64,000 bases of DNA from positions 129,630 through 193,629 of the forward strand of contig MGIW01000003.1 of NCBI GenBank assembly GCA_001793945.1, written 5' to 3'. This document shows, one piece after another, positions 9,340 to 20,077 of the stretch; positions within the stretch are counted from its first letter, which is position 1, and each line of letters starts with the position of its first letter. The DNA is from Candidatus Wolfebacteria bacterium RIFOXYD12_FULL_48_21. Lineage in GTDB: Bacteria; Patescibacteriota; Minisyncoccia; UBA6257; UBA9933. The translations under genes were made by a program, and so were the position numbers. The notes beneath the pieces are model-generated. The model did no database searches. It was not told where the DNA came from and saw only the letters and a list, made by a program, of their open reading frames with translations.

Positions 9340-10098
9340 CTATGCTCTCACTTTCTTTAAAACCTTTTGCAGGTCGGCGGGTAATTCTGCTTCGATGTTC
9401 AGCTTGTGCCCCTCGGAAGCCAAAAACTCTACTGATTCGGCGTGCAAAAAATGGCGATCGAGCCCGAGCGGGTTCTTTTTTGCTCCGTACATGACATCGC
9501 CGACAATGGCGTGCCCAATGGACGCCAAATGCACCCGTATCTGGTGTGTGCGGCCCGTTTTCGGCTTGGCGCGAACAAGCGTAAACTCATACACCTTCCG
9601 CTTTTCCGATTCCGGATCGTCGAACTCGAACCGTTCCACTACTTCATATTCGGTCAATGCTTCCTTTGTCATTTTCCCTTCATGCACCGTGCGCTTCGTT
9701 GTGCCTCCTTTTAGGCTGATCGGCTTGTTTATGATGCCGCTTTTTTCCTGTATGTTTCCCCAAACAAGCGCAAGATATGTCTTTTGCATGCCATGCGTCT
9801 GAAACAAGTTTTTCAAATATTTAAAATATTCATGACTGCGCGGAACCAAAATGACGCCCGAGGTGTCTTTGTCGAGCCGATGCACGATGCCCGGACGCTG
9901 TTGGGGGTCATCGCCCACCTTTTTTACCTCGGGGTAGTGCTTCAGCAGCCAATCAGTCAGTGCTTCTGTCCCTTTTTCCTTTTTCCCTTTTCCTTTTTCC
10001 TCCTCTGGTTTATACGGGTGTACCAAAAGATGCGCCGGCTTGTTTATGGCCACCACATTTTTATCTTCATATATGACTGTAATGTCTTTGCGTTCCAT
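9340..10098 (-). CDS. RluA-family pseudouridine synthase
   Basis: HRLDKDTSGVILV catalytic Asp motif and the downstream RAKPKTGRTHQIRVHLASIGHAIVGD segment. Confidence 0.7.
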   Translation of the reverse strand: MERKDITVIYEDKNVVAINKPAHLLVHPYKPEEEKGKGKKEKGTEALTDWLLKHYPEVKKVGDDPQQRPGIVHRLDKDTSGVILVPRSHEYFKYLKNLFQTHGMQKTYLALVWGNIQEKSGIINKPISLKGGTTKRTVHEGKMTKEALTEYEVVERFEFDDPESEKRKVYEFTLVRAKPKTGRTHQIRVHLASIGHAIVGDVMYGAKKNPLGLDRHFLHAESVEFLASEGHKLNIEAELPADLQKVLKKVRA

Positions 10099-10140
10099 AG
10101 GTGTAGAGTAATGTAAAAAGAGATAAGGGACAAGGAATGG

Positions 10141-10410
10141 GCTATAACCTATAACTAATGACTAATGACCGATGACTAATAACGGGATGCGGGGGGTAAT
10201 GTACTTGAGTGTCATCCCCGCGGAGGGGGGGATCCAGAGTACACATGCGAAATACTGGATACCCGTTTTCACGGGAATGACAACGAGGTTGGCCTGTCAT
10301 CCCGAGTGTAACGCAGCGAAGCGGAGTGAAATCGAGGGATCTGCGGTAACAAGCAGATTCCTCGGCTCCTCCGTCGGCTGACGGATGCGCTCGGAATGAC
10401 AATACGGGGA
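10141..10410. repeat. Composite repeat: TAACYRATAAC low-complexity module + gggatgcgggg + hairpin module gtcatcccgagtgcaacgcagcgaagcggagtgaaatcgagggatctg...cgctcggaatgaca
   Basis: The same hairpin module is nearly identical at 25860-25970 and 34840-34935. Confidence 0.65.
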
Positions 10411-10514
10411 AGGGGGGTAGAGATGAGAGGTGGGAGATGAGAAAAAAAATAGGGGGCTGCCTCGCGCAAGGCAGCCCCCGTACTACAGAGGAAGGAGAGT
10501 GGTGGTGGGTGGTA

Positions 10515-10940
10515 CTACGCCAGGGCTGAGGCGAGCTCGTGGCCCAGGCGTATATGGTTGGCGGCGGCGCAGAGCTGCACTACGAACTCTTTGTAGTGCT
10601 TCTGCAGCGCCTGCCGCAGCATATCCTTTTTCTCGCGAAGCATGTCCGCGAGACTCAACAACAAGCTCCGCAGCCCGTCTTTCGTGAACACCTTAGACAG
10701 GCGCTCGGCGATTGTCGAATCGGCGAAGAATGCTTCGGGCATTTTTTCGAATACCGCCGAAAGGTCCTTTCGGGCCTCGCTTACTACATCGAACTCGATG
10801 GCACAGTGGCTGTGCAGCAAGTGTCTTTCACGAACCCTGTAGTTTGCACCATTGGCTATGGTCATGTGACAGCAGGAGCAAACGGGCGTCCCGCCGTTGT
10901 ACTGCTGGGCAAATGGGAACTTAAATTCTGCGATCTTCAT
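10515..10940 (-). CDS. Hypothetical protein with a Cys/His cluster (CSCCH...HSHC), possible zinc ribbon
   Basis: ORF only. No family recognised. Confidence 0.3.
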   Translation of the reverse strand: MKIAEFKFPFAQQYNGGTPVCSCCHMTIANGANYRVRERHLLHSHCAIEFDVVSEARKDLSAVFEKMPEAFFADSTIAERLSKVFTKDGLRSLLLSLADMLREKKDMLRQALQKHYKEFVVQLCAAANHIRLGHELASALA

Positions 10941-11081
10941 GTACTCTCCTTCTTGCGTGAAATGTTTTTCTCCTTCCTCAAATTAAGATGTTCTGAAATG
11001 AATAATATACCACACGGAGTGCTTTGTCAACCTTAACAAAAACCGCCAGTCTATCGTGTGATAGGCTGGCGGTTTTTAGTA

Positions 11082-12227
11082 TTAGGCTTCGGCTTCTTCA
11101 GCCTCCTTCTTTTTTGCGGTCTTTTTATGGCCTTTGAGCTTCAAAAGGATGCGCTTTTCCTCGGGTTTTATGGCCTCGATGGTAAATGCGTGCTTTTTGC
11201 CCGGTTCCATGTTCTTTTTCAGTTCCTCAGGGGATCCGAATTCGGATACATGGATCAAGCCGTACAGGTCCTGACCAAGATCGATATATGCGCCAAACGG
11301 GTTGACCTTATACACCTTTCCTTCGATTTCCTGCCCTTCTTTGAACTTATCATTCACCGTTTCCCACGGATTCGGCTTCAATGCCTTGAGGGAAAGGAAA
11401 ACCTTGTCGTCTTTGATCTCGATGATCTTTACCTTGATCTCTTCGTCGATCTTTACCACCTCTTTCGGGGTGTCGATCAAACGATAATCAAGCTCGGAAA
11501 TGTGGATCAAGCCTTCGATGGCCGGATTGTCGATAAAACGGACAAATGCGCCGAAATCTGCAATACCCGATACCACGCCGCCGATTATGTCGCCAACGGT
11601 GTATTTGGCAAGCAATTCACGCACATTTTCCTCTACCGCCTCCTTTTCGGAGATGATGAGCTTGTTGTTGCGCGGGTTCAGGTCGATGATCTTGACCTTC
11701 AGCTCTTCGCCTACAAATTTCTTCAATTCTTCAAGTATTCGAGATTGGTCACCCTTCTCGATGCGCGGATAATGCTCGCTGGACAGCTGGGAAACCGGCA
11801 AAAACGCCTTGGTTCCGTGGATATCCGCCACAAGGCCGCCACTGTTGGCACCCTTTATCTTGACGGGAAACGGCTCGTCGGTGTCTTTTAACTCCTTCAA
11901 ACCCTGCCAATTCTTCTGTTCCTGCGCGTTTATAAGGGATAATTCGACATAACCCTCGTTATTTTCGAGCGAAGTTATCTTTGCGCTCACGGTGTCGCCC
12001 GGGTTCATTCCTTTCACAATGTCGCGAGAATTGATCAGTTCGATGCCGTATACGAGACCGGTACCGTACTTTCCAAGGTCAAAGTGTACGCCGCGCTTTG
12101 TCTTCGCGAGCAACTTTGCCTCGATCAAGTCTCCTTCCTTGAGGAACGAGATGATGTTCGCATCCGCCTTCGTCAGCTGATTCATGGCGGATGAGTTTTT
12201 TATTTCTACATTAATATTAGTGACCAT
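11082..12227 (-). CDS. rpsA: 30S ribosomal protein S1 (four S1 domains)
   Basis: Repeated S1-domain pattern (GDLIEAKLL..., GDTVSAKITSLE..., GDIIGGVVSGIADFGAFV..., GQEIEGKVYKVNPFGAYI...). Confidence 0.8.
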   Translation of the reverse strand: MVTNINVEIKNSSAMNQLTKADANIISFLKEGDLIEAKLLAKTKRGVHFDLGKYGTGLVYGIELINSRDIVKGMNPGDTVSAKITSLENNEGYVELSLINAQEQKNWQGLKELKDTDEPFPVKIKGANSGGLVADIHGTKAFLPVSQLSSEHYPRIEKGDQSRILEELKKFVGEELKVKIIDLNPRNNKLIISEKEAVEENVRELLAKYTVGDIIGGVVSGIADFGAFVRFIDNPAIEGLIHISELDYRLIDTPKEVVKIDEEIKVKIIEIKDDKVFLSLKALKPNPWETVNDKFKEGQEIEGKVYKVNPFGAYIDLGQDLYGLIHVSEFGSPEELKKNMEPGKKHAFTIEAIKPEEKRILLKLKGHKKTAKKKEAEEAEA

Positions 12228-12316
12228 AGACCAACAGCATACGCAAAAACTATTTGAAAATCAAGGGGAAATGGGGTATTATAGGAACTAAGCCACAAGA
12301 AGTGAAGTGCGCGTAT

Positions 12317-12383
12317 TGTCATTCCCGCGAAGGCGGGAATCCACTTCTATTTAAATAGATTCCCGCCTTCGCGGGAATGACAG
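12317..12383. repeat. Perfect 25-bp inverted repeat hairpin tgtcattcccgcgaaggcgggaatc / gattcccgccttcgcgggaatgaca (17-nt loop) in the rpsA-MBL divergent intergenic region
   Basis: Read directly from the sequence. It is a member of the gtcattccc...gggaatgaca family. Confidence 0.6.
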
Positions 12384-12393
12384 CGATACTTTT

Positions 12394-13017
12394 ATGATTA
12401 TCACTTACTACGGAGAAAACAGCTTCAAAATACAAAGCGGCGAATTCACCATTTTGACCGATCCGGTCGACGCCTCAAGCGGCTTGACCCCGCCCCGCTT
12501 CAAATACGATATCTTGCTCAAGACACTTACCGCCTTCCCACCGCATGAAAGTATGCCGGAGCAGGGAATATCCATCTACGGTCCCGGCGAGTACAATGTG
12601 GAAGGTGCGACCATATTCGGCTATTTATCTGAAAATGAGGTCACTGATAAGATACTCAAGACCGTTTATGTGGTCACGCTTGAAGACATCAAGCTCTGTT
12701 TCCTTGGACATCTTGCCGATATCCCCTCCCCCGCCATCATGGAACGGCTTGAAGACATCGATATACTCTTCGTCCCCGGTGGTGGCACCCCTTATATCGA
12801 CCAAAAGAAGGTCGCCAAACTCGTAAAGCAAGTCCAGCCAAAAATAGTCATCCCGACCGCGTTCAAAGTTCCGGGACTTAAGCGGCAAGCGGAAGATCTT
12901 AAGACATTATTGGAAGAGCTTGACCAAAAGGACGCAGAATCGCAAGAAAAGCTCACGATCAAGAAAAAGGACCTTTCAATCATCAAGCCGACACAAGTTA
13001 CGATTCTTAACCCATAA
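12394..13017 (+). CDS. MBL-fold metal-dependent hydrolase (UPF0173-like)
   Basis: The pattern YYGENSFKIQSG..TILTDP ... DILFVPGGG is typical of small MBL-fold hydrolases. Confidence 0.5.
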   Translation: MIITYYGENSFKIQSGEFTILTDPVDASSGLTPPRFKYDILLKTLTAFPPHESMPEQGISIYGPGEYNVEGATIFGYLSENEVTDKILKTVYVVTLEDIKLCFLGHLADIPSPAIMERLEDIDILFVPGGGTPYIDQKKVAKLVKQVQPKIVIPTAFKVPGLKRQAEDLKTLLEELDQKDAESQEKLTIKKKDLSIIKPTQVTILNP

Positions 13018-13597
13018 ATTAGTCTAATTTCACTATTCCCCGCGGTTGTCATCCCGAGCTTGTCGAGGGATCTGCAGTTTTGTAAAGCAGATTCCTCGAC
13101 TCCTCCGTGGGCTGACGGATTCGCTCGGAATGACAATTGCCATGCGCCATTATCTCCAACGGATTCGCCGATCCGACCAAAAAACAAAGCAGAAATGGCT
13201 GATCGGGTTGACTGGCGCTTCCGCTCTGATTATCATCTTTGCGTGGGTGCTTTATATGCAGGCGTTCGTATTTACCCGCTCGGATGACACCGTGAAAGAA
13301 GACATGCGCATAGCATTTTGGCCGGTGCTCAAAAACGGACTATCCATTACCGGCTCATCCGTTAGGCATGCATTCGACGATATTCTTTCCGAAATGCCGG
13401 AGGTTGGAAGAAGGACCACAACGATAGAGAATCCAGAATGATAGTACAAACTCAACCCATGTCATCCTGAGCTTGTCGAAGGATCTGCAGTTTTGTAAAG
13501 CAGATTCCTCGGCTACGCGGAATACCGCGGAGTTTACCCTGAGCTTGTCGAACGGGCTCAGAATGACACCCATGCCCAAACAATAACCTTAATTACC
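13018..13597. repeat. Hairpin repeat modules (gtcatcccgagcttgtcgagggatctgcagttttgtaaagcagattcctcg...ctcggaatgaca) flanking and overlapping a short ORF
   Basis: Two near-identical copies at 13050-13140 and 13455-13580. Confidence 0.6.
13141..13441 (+). CDS. Small hypothetical membrane protein (single TM helix)
   Basis: ORF only. The start was chosen at the Met that follows the repeat module. Confidence 0.2.
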
Positions 13598-16051
13598 ATG
13601 GACGAACAGACAGATAAAGTTGAAAAAAGGGGGATCGAACGCGAGCTCCAAGAATGTTACCTCGACTACGCAATGTCGGTTATTATTTCGCGCGCATTGC
13701 CCGATGTCCGCGACGGCATGAAACCGGTTCAACGGCGTATTTTGTGGGCCATGTGGGAAACAGGCCTTAAGGCAGGCGTAAAATACCGCAAGTCCGCTGC
13801 CGTTGTCGGCGAAGTACTCAAGAGCTATCACCCGCACGGTGACTCCGCCGTGTACGATGCCATGGCACGCATGGCACAAGACTTTTCACTCCGATACCCG
13901 CTAATCGATGGTCAAGGAAACTGGGGATCCATCGACGGCGATAACCAAGCGGCAATGCGTTACACCGAGTGCCGTCTTTCCAAAATATCCGAGGAACTTC
14001 TGTTCGATATCGAAAAAGATACCGTTGCATGGGGCGCAAACTATGACGGCACCTCCCAAGAACCGCTCGTACTGCCGGCGCGACTGCCGGCCCTGCTTTT
14101 GAACGGCGTAGCCGGTATCGCCGTCGGCATGGCCACCAATATCCCGCCGCACAACCTGCGCGAGATAGTCGACGCCATTTTGCATCTTTCTGAAAATCCG
14201 CACGCAAGCACCGATGACCTGATCCAGTTCATCAAAGGGCCCGATTTCCCGACCGGCGGTATTATTTACGATAAGCATGCGATCGCCGAAGCATACAAGA
14301 CCGGTCGCGGTGGCGTGACCATGCGCGCCGTTTCCGATATTCATGAACGCAAAAGCGGTCTATTTAATATCGTCATCACCGAGATCCCCTATCAGGTCAA
14401 CAAATCGGAATTGCTCGCAAAAATCGCCGGGCTTGTTACCGAAAAGAAGATCGAGGGTATCAAGGACCTGCGCGACGAATCGGACCGCGATGGATTGCGT
14501 GTAGTCGTCGAACTGAAGAACGATGCCGCACCGCAAAAGGTTTTGAACCAGCTGTACAAGCACACCGACTTGCAGAAGAACTTTAACTTCAATATGACGG
14601 CACTCGTTCCGTCTCCGGCCGGACTACAGCCACAGCTGCTTTCATTAAAGGACATTCTCGGGTTTTACCTTGAACACCGTAAAGAAGTGGTCCGTAAGCG
14701 CGCCGAATATGAATTGCGCAAGGCACAGGAACGCGCCCACATATTGGAAGGGCTCGCTAAGGCACTCGAGTTCATCGATGCCGTCATCGCGACCATCAAA
14801 AAATCAAAAGACAAAGAGGAGGCGCATGAGAATCTTATAAAGAAGTTCAAGCTTACTCCTATCCAAACGACGGCTATCCTTGAAATGCGCCTGCAAACGC
14901 TTGCCGCACTCGAAAGCAAAAAGATCGAAGACGAGCTGAAAGAAAAGATGCGAATCATCAAGGAGCTCCAAACGCTTTTGGCGAGCGTTGCAAAGATATT
15001 GGGCGTCATCACGAATGAATTGCGCGATCTGCGCGACAAGTTCGGCGATGATCGCCGCACCAAGGTCGTACCGGGCGCCATCGGCGAGTTCAAGGAGATA
15101 GACCTCATTCCCGAAGAGGATGTCATTATCACTCTTTCCCAAAGCGGCTATATCAAGCGCGTTACGGCCGACACCTACAAGGCACAGAAGCGCGGTGGCA
15201 AAGGGCTGATAGGCTCCGAAGTAAATGAAGAAGATACACTCGTAAACTTCATTTCCGGAAACACGCACGATAACATTTTGTTCTTTACCCACACGGGGCG
15301 CGTATTCCAAACCAAGGTCTACGATGTGCCGCAGGGCAGCCGCACTGCAAAGGGCAAGCTGATGCAAAACTTCCTCGATCTTCCGCCCGAAGAAAAGATC
15401 AATGCGGTCATTGCCTATCCTGATGGAGGCGTCGAAGGGCGTTATCTCGTCATGCTTACCGCAGACGGAACGATCAAAAAGACATCACTATCCGAATTTG
15501 CCAACATCCGCAGGACGGGCATCATCGCCATTAACCTTGCAAAGGGCGACTCGCTCATCGGCGTAAAACTTTCTTCCGGCAAAGATGAGATCATCATCAC
15601 CACAAACGCCGGGCAAGCCATTCGCTTCAAGGAAACCGACGCCAAACCGCTCGGTCGTGCAGCGGCAGGCGTGCGGGGCATCAAATTGAAGAAGGAAGAT
15701 CGCGTCGCCGGTTTCGACATTGTCCAATACGACGAGAAGACCGAGCATAAAAAACAGACCTTGCTCGTAGTATCCGAAAACGGTTTTGCGAAGCAAACGC
15801 CTATCAGCGAATACAAAACGCAGACCCGTGGCGGCATGGGCATCAAGACCTCCAATGTGACCCCGAAGATCGGCAACATCATCAGCGGTCAGATCATTCG
15901 CGATGAAGAAGAGCTGCTTGCCGTTTCCAATAAGGGCCAGATTATCCGCATCCCGCTTAAAGATGTCCGCACCGCAGGACGCGCGACCAGCGGCGTGAAG
16001 ATCATGAGCCTCAAGGAAAAAGATAAGCTGGCAGGAGTGGTGGCACTCTAA
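13598..16051 (+). CDS. gyrA: DNA gyrase subunit A
   Basis: The N-terminus [31 protein letters not shown] and the C-terminal beta-pinwheel repeats match GyrA. Confidence 0.9.
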   Translation: MDEQTDKVEKRGIERELQECYLDYAMSVIISRALPDVRDGMKPVQRRILWAMWETGLKAGVKYRKSAAVVGEVLKSYHPHGDSAVYDAMARMAQDFSLRYPLIDGQGNWGSIDGDNQAAMRYTECRLSKISEELLFDIEKDTVAWGANYDGTSQEPLVLPARLPALLLNGVAGIAVGMATNIPPHNLREIVDAILHLSENPHASTDDLIQFIKGPDFPTGGIIYDKHAIAEAYKTGRGGVTMRAVSDIHERKSGLFNIVITEIPYQVNKSELLAKIAGLVTEKKIEGIKDLRDESDRDGLRVVVELKNDAAPQKVLNQLYKHTDLQKNFNFNMTALVPSPAGLQPQLLSLKDILGFYLEHRKEVVRKRAEYELRKAQERAHILEGLAKALEFIDAVIATIKKSKDKEEAHENLIKKFKLTPIQTTAILEMRLQTLAALESKKIEDELKEKMRIIKELQTLLASVAKILGVITNELRDLRDKFGDDRRTKVVPGAIGEFKEIDLIPEEDVIITLSQSGYIKRVTADTYKAQKRGGKGLIGSEVNEEDTLVNFISGNTHDNILFFTHTGRVFQTKVYDVPQGSRTAKGKLMQNFLDLPPEEKINAVIAYPDGGVEGRYLVMLTADGTIKKTSLSEFANIRRTGIIAINLAKGDSLIGVKLSSGKDEIIITTNAGQAIRFKETDAKPLGRAAAGVRGIKLKKEDRVAGFDIVQYDEKTEHKKQTLLVVSENGFAKQTPISEYKTQTRGGMGIKTSNVTPKIGNIISGQIIRDEEELLAVSNKGQIIRIPLKDVRTAGRATSGVKIMSLKEKDKLAGVVAL

Positions 16052-16194
16052 TGCGAGACCAGAGATACGAGGCACGAGGTTAGAAAAAATGGAATGCGAA
16101 AGCATTCCATTTTTTCTTATCTCTTGTCTCTGGTCTCTCACCTCTAACCTCCAATCTCTTACCTCTTACCTCCCTCTTCTGCTATACTATACAT

Positions 16195-17478
16195 ATGCAA
16201 CTCACACGCAATCAGATTATGATTCTTGGCGGAGCGGCGCTCACCATCGTCCTATTTATCGGCATCTTTGTTTATCTTATCCCCGCATTGCAGCAACAAA
16301 GCTCCGATGAGCCCGCCACAAAAATAACGCTTACTATTTGGGGTATAGAGGACCCGGGTAATTTTTCCGCGCTCACGAGCGCATACACCGCTGCGCACCC
16401 GAATGTGCAGCTGCGCTACACGCAGGTTCCCGAAGACCGCTACGAACAGACCCTGCTTAACGCGCTTGCCACCGACATGGGGCCGGATATTCTTATGGTG
16501 CACCGCAGTTGGGTGCAACGATACAGCGACAAGATCATGGCAGCCGACCATCCGGAGATCCAGCCGGCGGAACTTCGCAGCCTTTTTCCGAATGTTGTTG
16601 CCAATGACTTTACCTACCTGAATTATGTATTCGCCCTTCCGCTATACATCGACTCGCCTGCGCTCTTCTATAATAAAGCTCTGTTCGACAACAAAGGCGT
16701 TGCCGTTGCGCCTAAAACATGGAACGACATAAAGACGCTTGTTCCGTATTTTACGGAGTTCACCGTCAATAGACAGTTGCAAAAATCAGCCATAGCACTC
16801 GGTGGCACGACCAAATCCATTACGAACGCGCCCGATATTCTTTCCTTGCTCATGTTCCAGTTCGGAGCAAAAAATCTCGAGACCATTGGGCAGCGCACAT
16901 CGTTTGAAGCCTCGGCAAAAAATGCGCTCGACTTCTATACACAATTTTCTACGCCGAACAATCCGAACTACACATGGAACGATTCATTTGCACGCGCAGA
17001 TAATGCGTTCGGTGCGGGCGACACTGCCATGACCATCGGCTACGCACGCGATATGAAAGGACTTGTGCAAAAAAACCCCTATCTCGACTTTGGCGTTTAC
17101 CCAATGCCGCAAAACGATACGACCAATCTGGTCAACTATGCCGATTACTGGGGGCTCGGCGTTTCCGCAAAAAGTCTGAACATCAAATTTGCATGGCGCT
17201 TCGTCATTAACGCGACCACTGACCCTGCGCTGGCCTCGCTTTACATGACGCGCTCCGGGAATCCCCCTGCGCTTCGCACGCTCATCAACGATACGCTTCG
17301 CGACCCCAAACTTGGCGTGTTTTCCCGTCAGGCACTCACCGCCCGAGCTCCATTCCAATATGAAGTTACCGGTTATCGCATCGCACTTTCCCGCGCCATC
17401 GAATCGGTGTTGACCGGAAAATTCAATTCACAATCCGCCCTTGAAAAGGCTTCTGCCGAGATCAATGATCTGTTTTGA
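16195..17478 (+). CDS. ABC transporter extracellular solute-binding protein (family 1, sugar-type)
   Basis: N-terminal TM/signal sequence, ~420 aa, with the conserved SBP_bac_1-like layout. Confidence 0.5.
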   Translation: MQLTRNQIMILGGAALTIVLFIGIFVYLIPALQQQSSDEPATKITLTIWGIEDPGNFSALTSAYTAAHPNVQLRYTQVPEDRYEQTLLNALATDMGPDILMVHRSWVQRYSDKIMAADHPEIQPAELRSLFPNVVANDFTYLNYVFALPLYIDSPALFYNKALFDNKGVAVAPKTWNDIKTLVPYFTEFTVNRQLQKSAIALGGTTKSITNAPDILSLLMFQFGAKNLETIGQRTSFEASAKNALDFYTQFSTPNNPNYTWNDSFARADNAFGAGDTAMTIGYARDMKGLVQKNPYLDFGVYPMPQNDTTNLVNYADYWGLGVSAKSLNIKFAWRFVINATTDPALASLYMTRSGNPPALRTLINDTLRDPKLGVFSRQALTARAPFQYEVTGYRIALSRAIESVLTGKFNSQSALEKASAEINDLF

Positions 17479-17817
17479 TTATTGCATTATTCCCGCGCCC
17501 ACCTGCAACGCTATAGCAACTGCGCACAGGAAGGCTGAGAGGTAGTGCGAGAAGGTTGTCATCCCGTGCGCAGCCTGCCCCGTACCACGATACGGGGACA
17601 CGGGATCCAGAGTTTTCTGCAGTAGTAACGCCCTGCGCTTAAGACACTGGGTTCCAGATCGAGTCCGGAATGACGATACAAAGAAAATGACAATGCGGTT
17701 AATGTGTCATTCCGAGTGGAGCAGTACTCTGCGAAATCGAGGAATCTGCTTTCTGCTTGCGGGCTGCAGATCCCTCGACAAGCTCGGGATGACAGTCTAT
17801 GCTAATAGCATATCCAT
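17479..17817. repeat. Hairpin repeat cluster (reverse-orientation copy of the ccccgtaccacgatacggggacacgggatccag module, plus gtcattccgagtggagcag...gctcgggatgaca)
   Basis: Shared modules with 4650-4715 and 9210-9300. Confidence 0.6.
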
Positions 17818-18216
17818 ATGAAAAAAATAATCCTCTCTTTCACTTTATCCTTGGCGCTCATCTCTTTACTCGCTGCTCCTGTCGTTTTTGGCGCCGGGCT
17901 CGTGCAATGCGACGAACAGAACCCTGCAAGCTGCACCTTGTGCGCACTCTTTGCCACCGTCAAGGCGATCTATGATTTCATTACCCAGCTCACTATCGTA
18001 CTCGCCGTCGGCTATATCATGTTTGGCGGATATGAGATGCTCATAGCCGGAGCAAATCCGGGGCTTTACGCAAAGGGCAAAAATCACATCTTCCAAGCAT
18101 TCATTGGCCTCGCCATCGTTCTTGCCGCATGGTTCATTGTTGATATTCTTATGCGCGCCCTTACCGGTTCGGGCGATATCTACGGCGCACCGTGGAGAAC
18201 ACTGAATTGCCAGTAA
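17818..18216 (+). CDS. Small secreted protein with two hydrophobic helices, TrbC/VirB2-pilin-like (paralogue 1 of 3)
   Basis: Signal peptide followed by two hydrophobic helices separated by a short loop, ~130 aa. It is one of three tandem paralogues. Confidence 0.35.
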   Translation: MKKIILSFTLSLALISLLAAPVVFGAGLVQCDEQNPASCTLCALFATVKAIYDFITQLTIVLAVGYIMFGGYEMLIAGANPGLYAKGKNHIFQAFIGLAIVLAAWFIVDILMRALTGSGDIYGAPWRTLNCQ

Positions 18217-18253
18217 TGCTTCGGGGATTTTTATACTTCACACCCCGTAATGT

Positions 18254-18658
18254 ATGAGGTATACTATAATCATGTACTCAATTATTGTAGCTATTCTTTC
18301 TTTTTCATTATTCGCTTCGTGTGCGCTTGCGGCAACAACAGGGCCTGGGCCCACCGTCCAAACCGCCCCCAACGAGCCGATCGGATCCTCTATCACTTTC
18401 GATAGCGCCTTCGGCAATGCGACTATTACCGATGTGCTCAACAGGCTCATCGATTATGGCATCGCCATTGCCGCCTCCTTGGCCGCAATCATGATCCTTT
18501 GGGGAGCGTTTCAGATTATGACATCGGCCGGAGTCGAAAAAAAATATGCCGCCGGCAAACAGACGATCCTGTATGCCCTCGGCGGGTTGGTCATCATCAT
18601 TCTTGCGCGCGGATTGGTCGCTATATTCAGAGGATTGATCATAGGCCTCGGCGCTTGA
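18254..18658 (+). CDS. Small secreted two-helix protein, TrbC/VirB2-pilin-like (paralogue 2 of 3)
   Basis: Same architecture as paralogue 1. Hydrophobic segments ...AIAASLAAIMILWGAFQIMTSAG... and GKQTILYALGGLVIIILARGLVAIF. Confidence 0.35.
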   Translation: MRYTIIMYSIIVAILSFSLFASCALAATTGPGPTVQTAPNEPIGSSITFDSAFGNATITDVLNRLIDYGIAIAASLAAIMILWGAFQIMTSAGVEKKYAAGKQTILYALGGLVIIILARGLVAIFRGLIIGLGA

Positions 18659-18690
18659 TAAAAGGTCGGTTTATTTGATAAAATAACTAT

Positions 18691-19041
18691 ATGAAAAAAA
18701 TAACACTCGCATCAGTAGCAGCAACGGCACTTGCCATGCCGGTACTCGGTTTTGCAGTAGCAGAGCTTCCGCCAGCGCGGGATACCGGAGGCACAGGAGT
18801 CGAGCCGATCATCCGCATCCTTAATACGGTCGGCAACTGGATGTTCGGCATCTTGATCGCAGCAGCGGCGATTTATATCTTACTTGCCGCGTTCAAGTTC
18901 CTTACGGCGTCAGGAGATTCAAAGAAGATCGACGAAGCAAAACACATGCTCACCTACGCGCTTGTCGCCATCGTCGTTGGAGCCCTTACCAAGGGAATCA
19001 TCGCGATTGCACAGGCAATTGCAGCAGGCTCAGGAATATAA
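18691..19041 (+). CDS. Small secreted two-helix protein, TrbC/VirB2-pilin-like (paralogue 3 of 3)
   Basis: Same architecture: signal peptide MKKITLASVAATALAMPVLGFAVA, then two hydrophobic helices. Confidence 0.35.
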   Translation: MKKITLASVAATALAMPVLGFAVAELPPARDTGGTGVEPIIRILNTVGNWMFGILIAAAAIYILLAAFKFLTASGDSKKIDEAKHMLTYALVAIVVGALTKGIIAIAQAIAAGSGI

Positions 19042-19054
19042 GTTTTTAACACAA

Positions 19055-19086
19055 AAAAGAAGCCCCGATTGCTCGGGGCTTTTTGT
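19055..19086. terminator. Bidirectional intrinsic terminator aaaaagaagccccgattgctcggggcttttt
   Basis: GC-rich 6-bp stem with an A-run upstream and a T-run downstream. The identical hairpin recurs at 20030-20062 and 45971-46004. Confidence 0.55.
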
Positions 19087-19099
19087 CGCCTTATTTCGT

Positions 19100-19789
19100 T
19101 CAATGATGCACGAATGAGGCGGTCATCGTACATCCTTCGGGAACCTTAATGGCAACCGCCATCGGCTCCTTTCCTGACTTCTTCCCGAAGTCGGTCTGTT
19201 CCCCAAAGGGAGTTGGCCCGGTTCCGTCGAGCCGGTCGAGCTCTCCTGCCTTTGCCGTAGCAGAAGAGAATGTTACCCGATAGTTAGCGGGGAGCGCCAC
19301 CAGTACCGGCTTATCTCCGGCAGGCACGACAAACTCTTTCGAATCTACCGGGCCGGTTACCTTGGAGAAGTCGTAGGCGGCGGCGTATTGCCTTCCGGAA
19401 TCTACGCGTGTTGGCATCTCCTTGACTATATTCTCCGGTACGATCATCTTGATGCCGATGATCACCAACAGCCCGATGAGTCCCCATTTGATCAGAATCT
19501 TTCCTACCTTCCCTCCTCCGCCGACCACCCTTTCCCTATCCGTTGTCCACGCCCCAGAAGATTCCGATGGGTCATTTCCTGTTCTGCTTCTTATATCACT
19601 TGCTGTTTCTATCGCCTTTCTCAATATCTGAGCTTTCTCTGGATTAGAAAATAATGAAACGCGCGTACTGCCAGGATGTTCGAGCTCCCTATTAACAGTG
19701 TGCTCGAACATCGCTTTCTCTTCCATCTTCTCAAGCTCTTCCCTTCGAGCAATACATTCTTCACTATCGAAAAACATGGCAACCTCCAC
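19100..19789 (-). CDS. Hypothetical single-pass membrane protein (TM helix KWGLIGLLVIIG), paralogue of 20078..20518
   Basis: Shares the TM motif KWGLIGL and a downstream beta-rich domain with the neighbouring ORF. Confidence 0.3.
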   Translation of the reverse strand: MEVAMFFDSEECIARREELEKMEEKAMFEHTVNRELEHPGSTRVSLFSNPEKAQILRKAIETASDIRSRTGNDPSESSGAWTTDRERVVGGGGKVGKILIKWGLIGLLVIIGIKMIVPENIVKEMPTRVDSGRQYAAAYDFSKVTGPVDSKEFVVPAGDKPVLVALPANYRVTFSSATAKAGELDRLDGTGPTPFGEQTDFGKKSGKEPMAVAIKVPEGCTMTASFVHH

Positions 19790-20029
19790 TAATAGGGTTA
19801 AGGATGTTTAGGATATGCACTTGAAATTAGCTATTTATGTATTTAAAGGTTCTTATGCGCTACTTACATAATGTACCATTCTTTAATATTTGTCAATCTA
19901 TATGATGGCGCGGTTATTTGCAGAGATATTGTGCGTTCACCTATATACTTATTGCTGCAGCTATTAAATCACTTACCGAGGGGTTTTATCGAAATCACGG
20001 GAGCAATCATAGCAGGCGAACTATAATAT

Positions 20030-20062
20030 AAAAAGAAGCCCCGATTGCTCGGGGCTTTTTGT
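20030..20062. terminator. Intrinsic terminator, identical hairpin gccccgattgctcggggc
   Basis: See 19055..19086. Confidence 0.5.
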
Positions 20063-20077
20063 TGTGCACTTCAGTCG

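Noticed and set aside
13598-16051. Intein or intron in gyrA, dnaE or fusA, given the nearby homing endonuclease
   Set aside because: Protein lengths (817, ~1067 and 714 aa) and motif spacing are normal for these families. No extra insert is seen.
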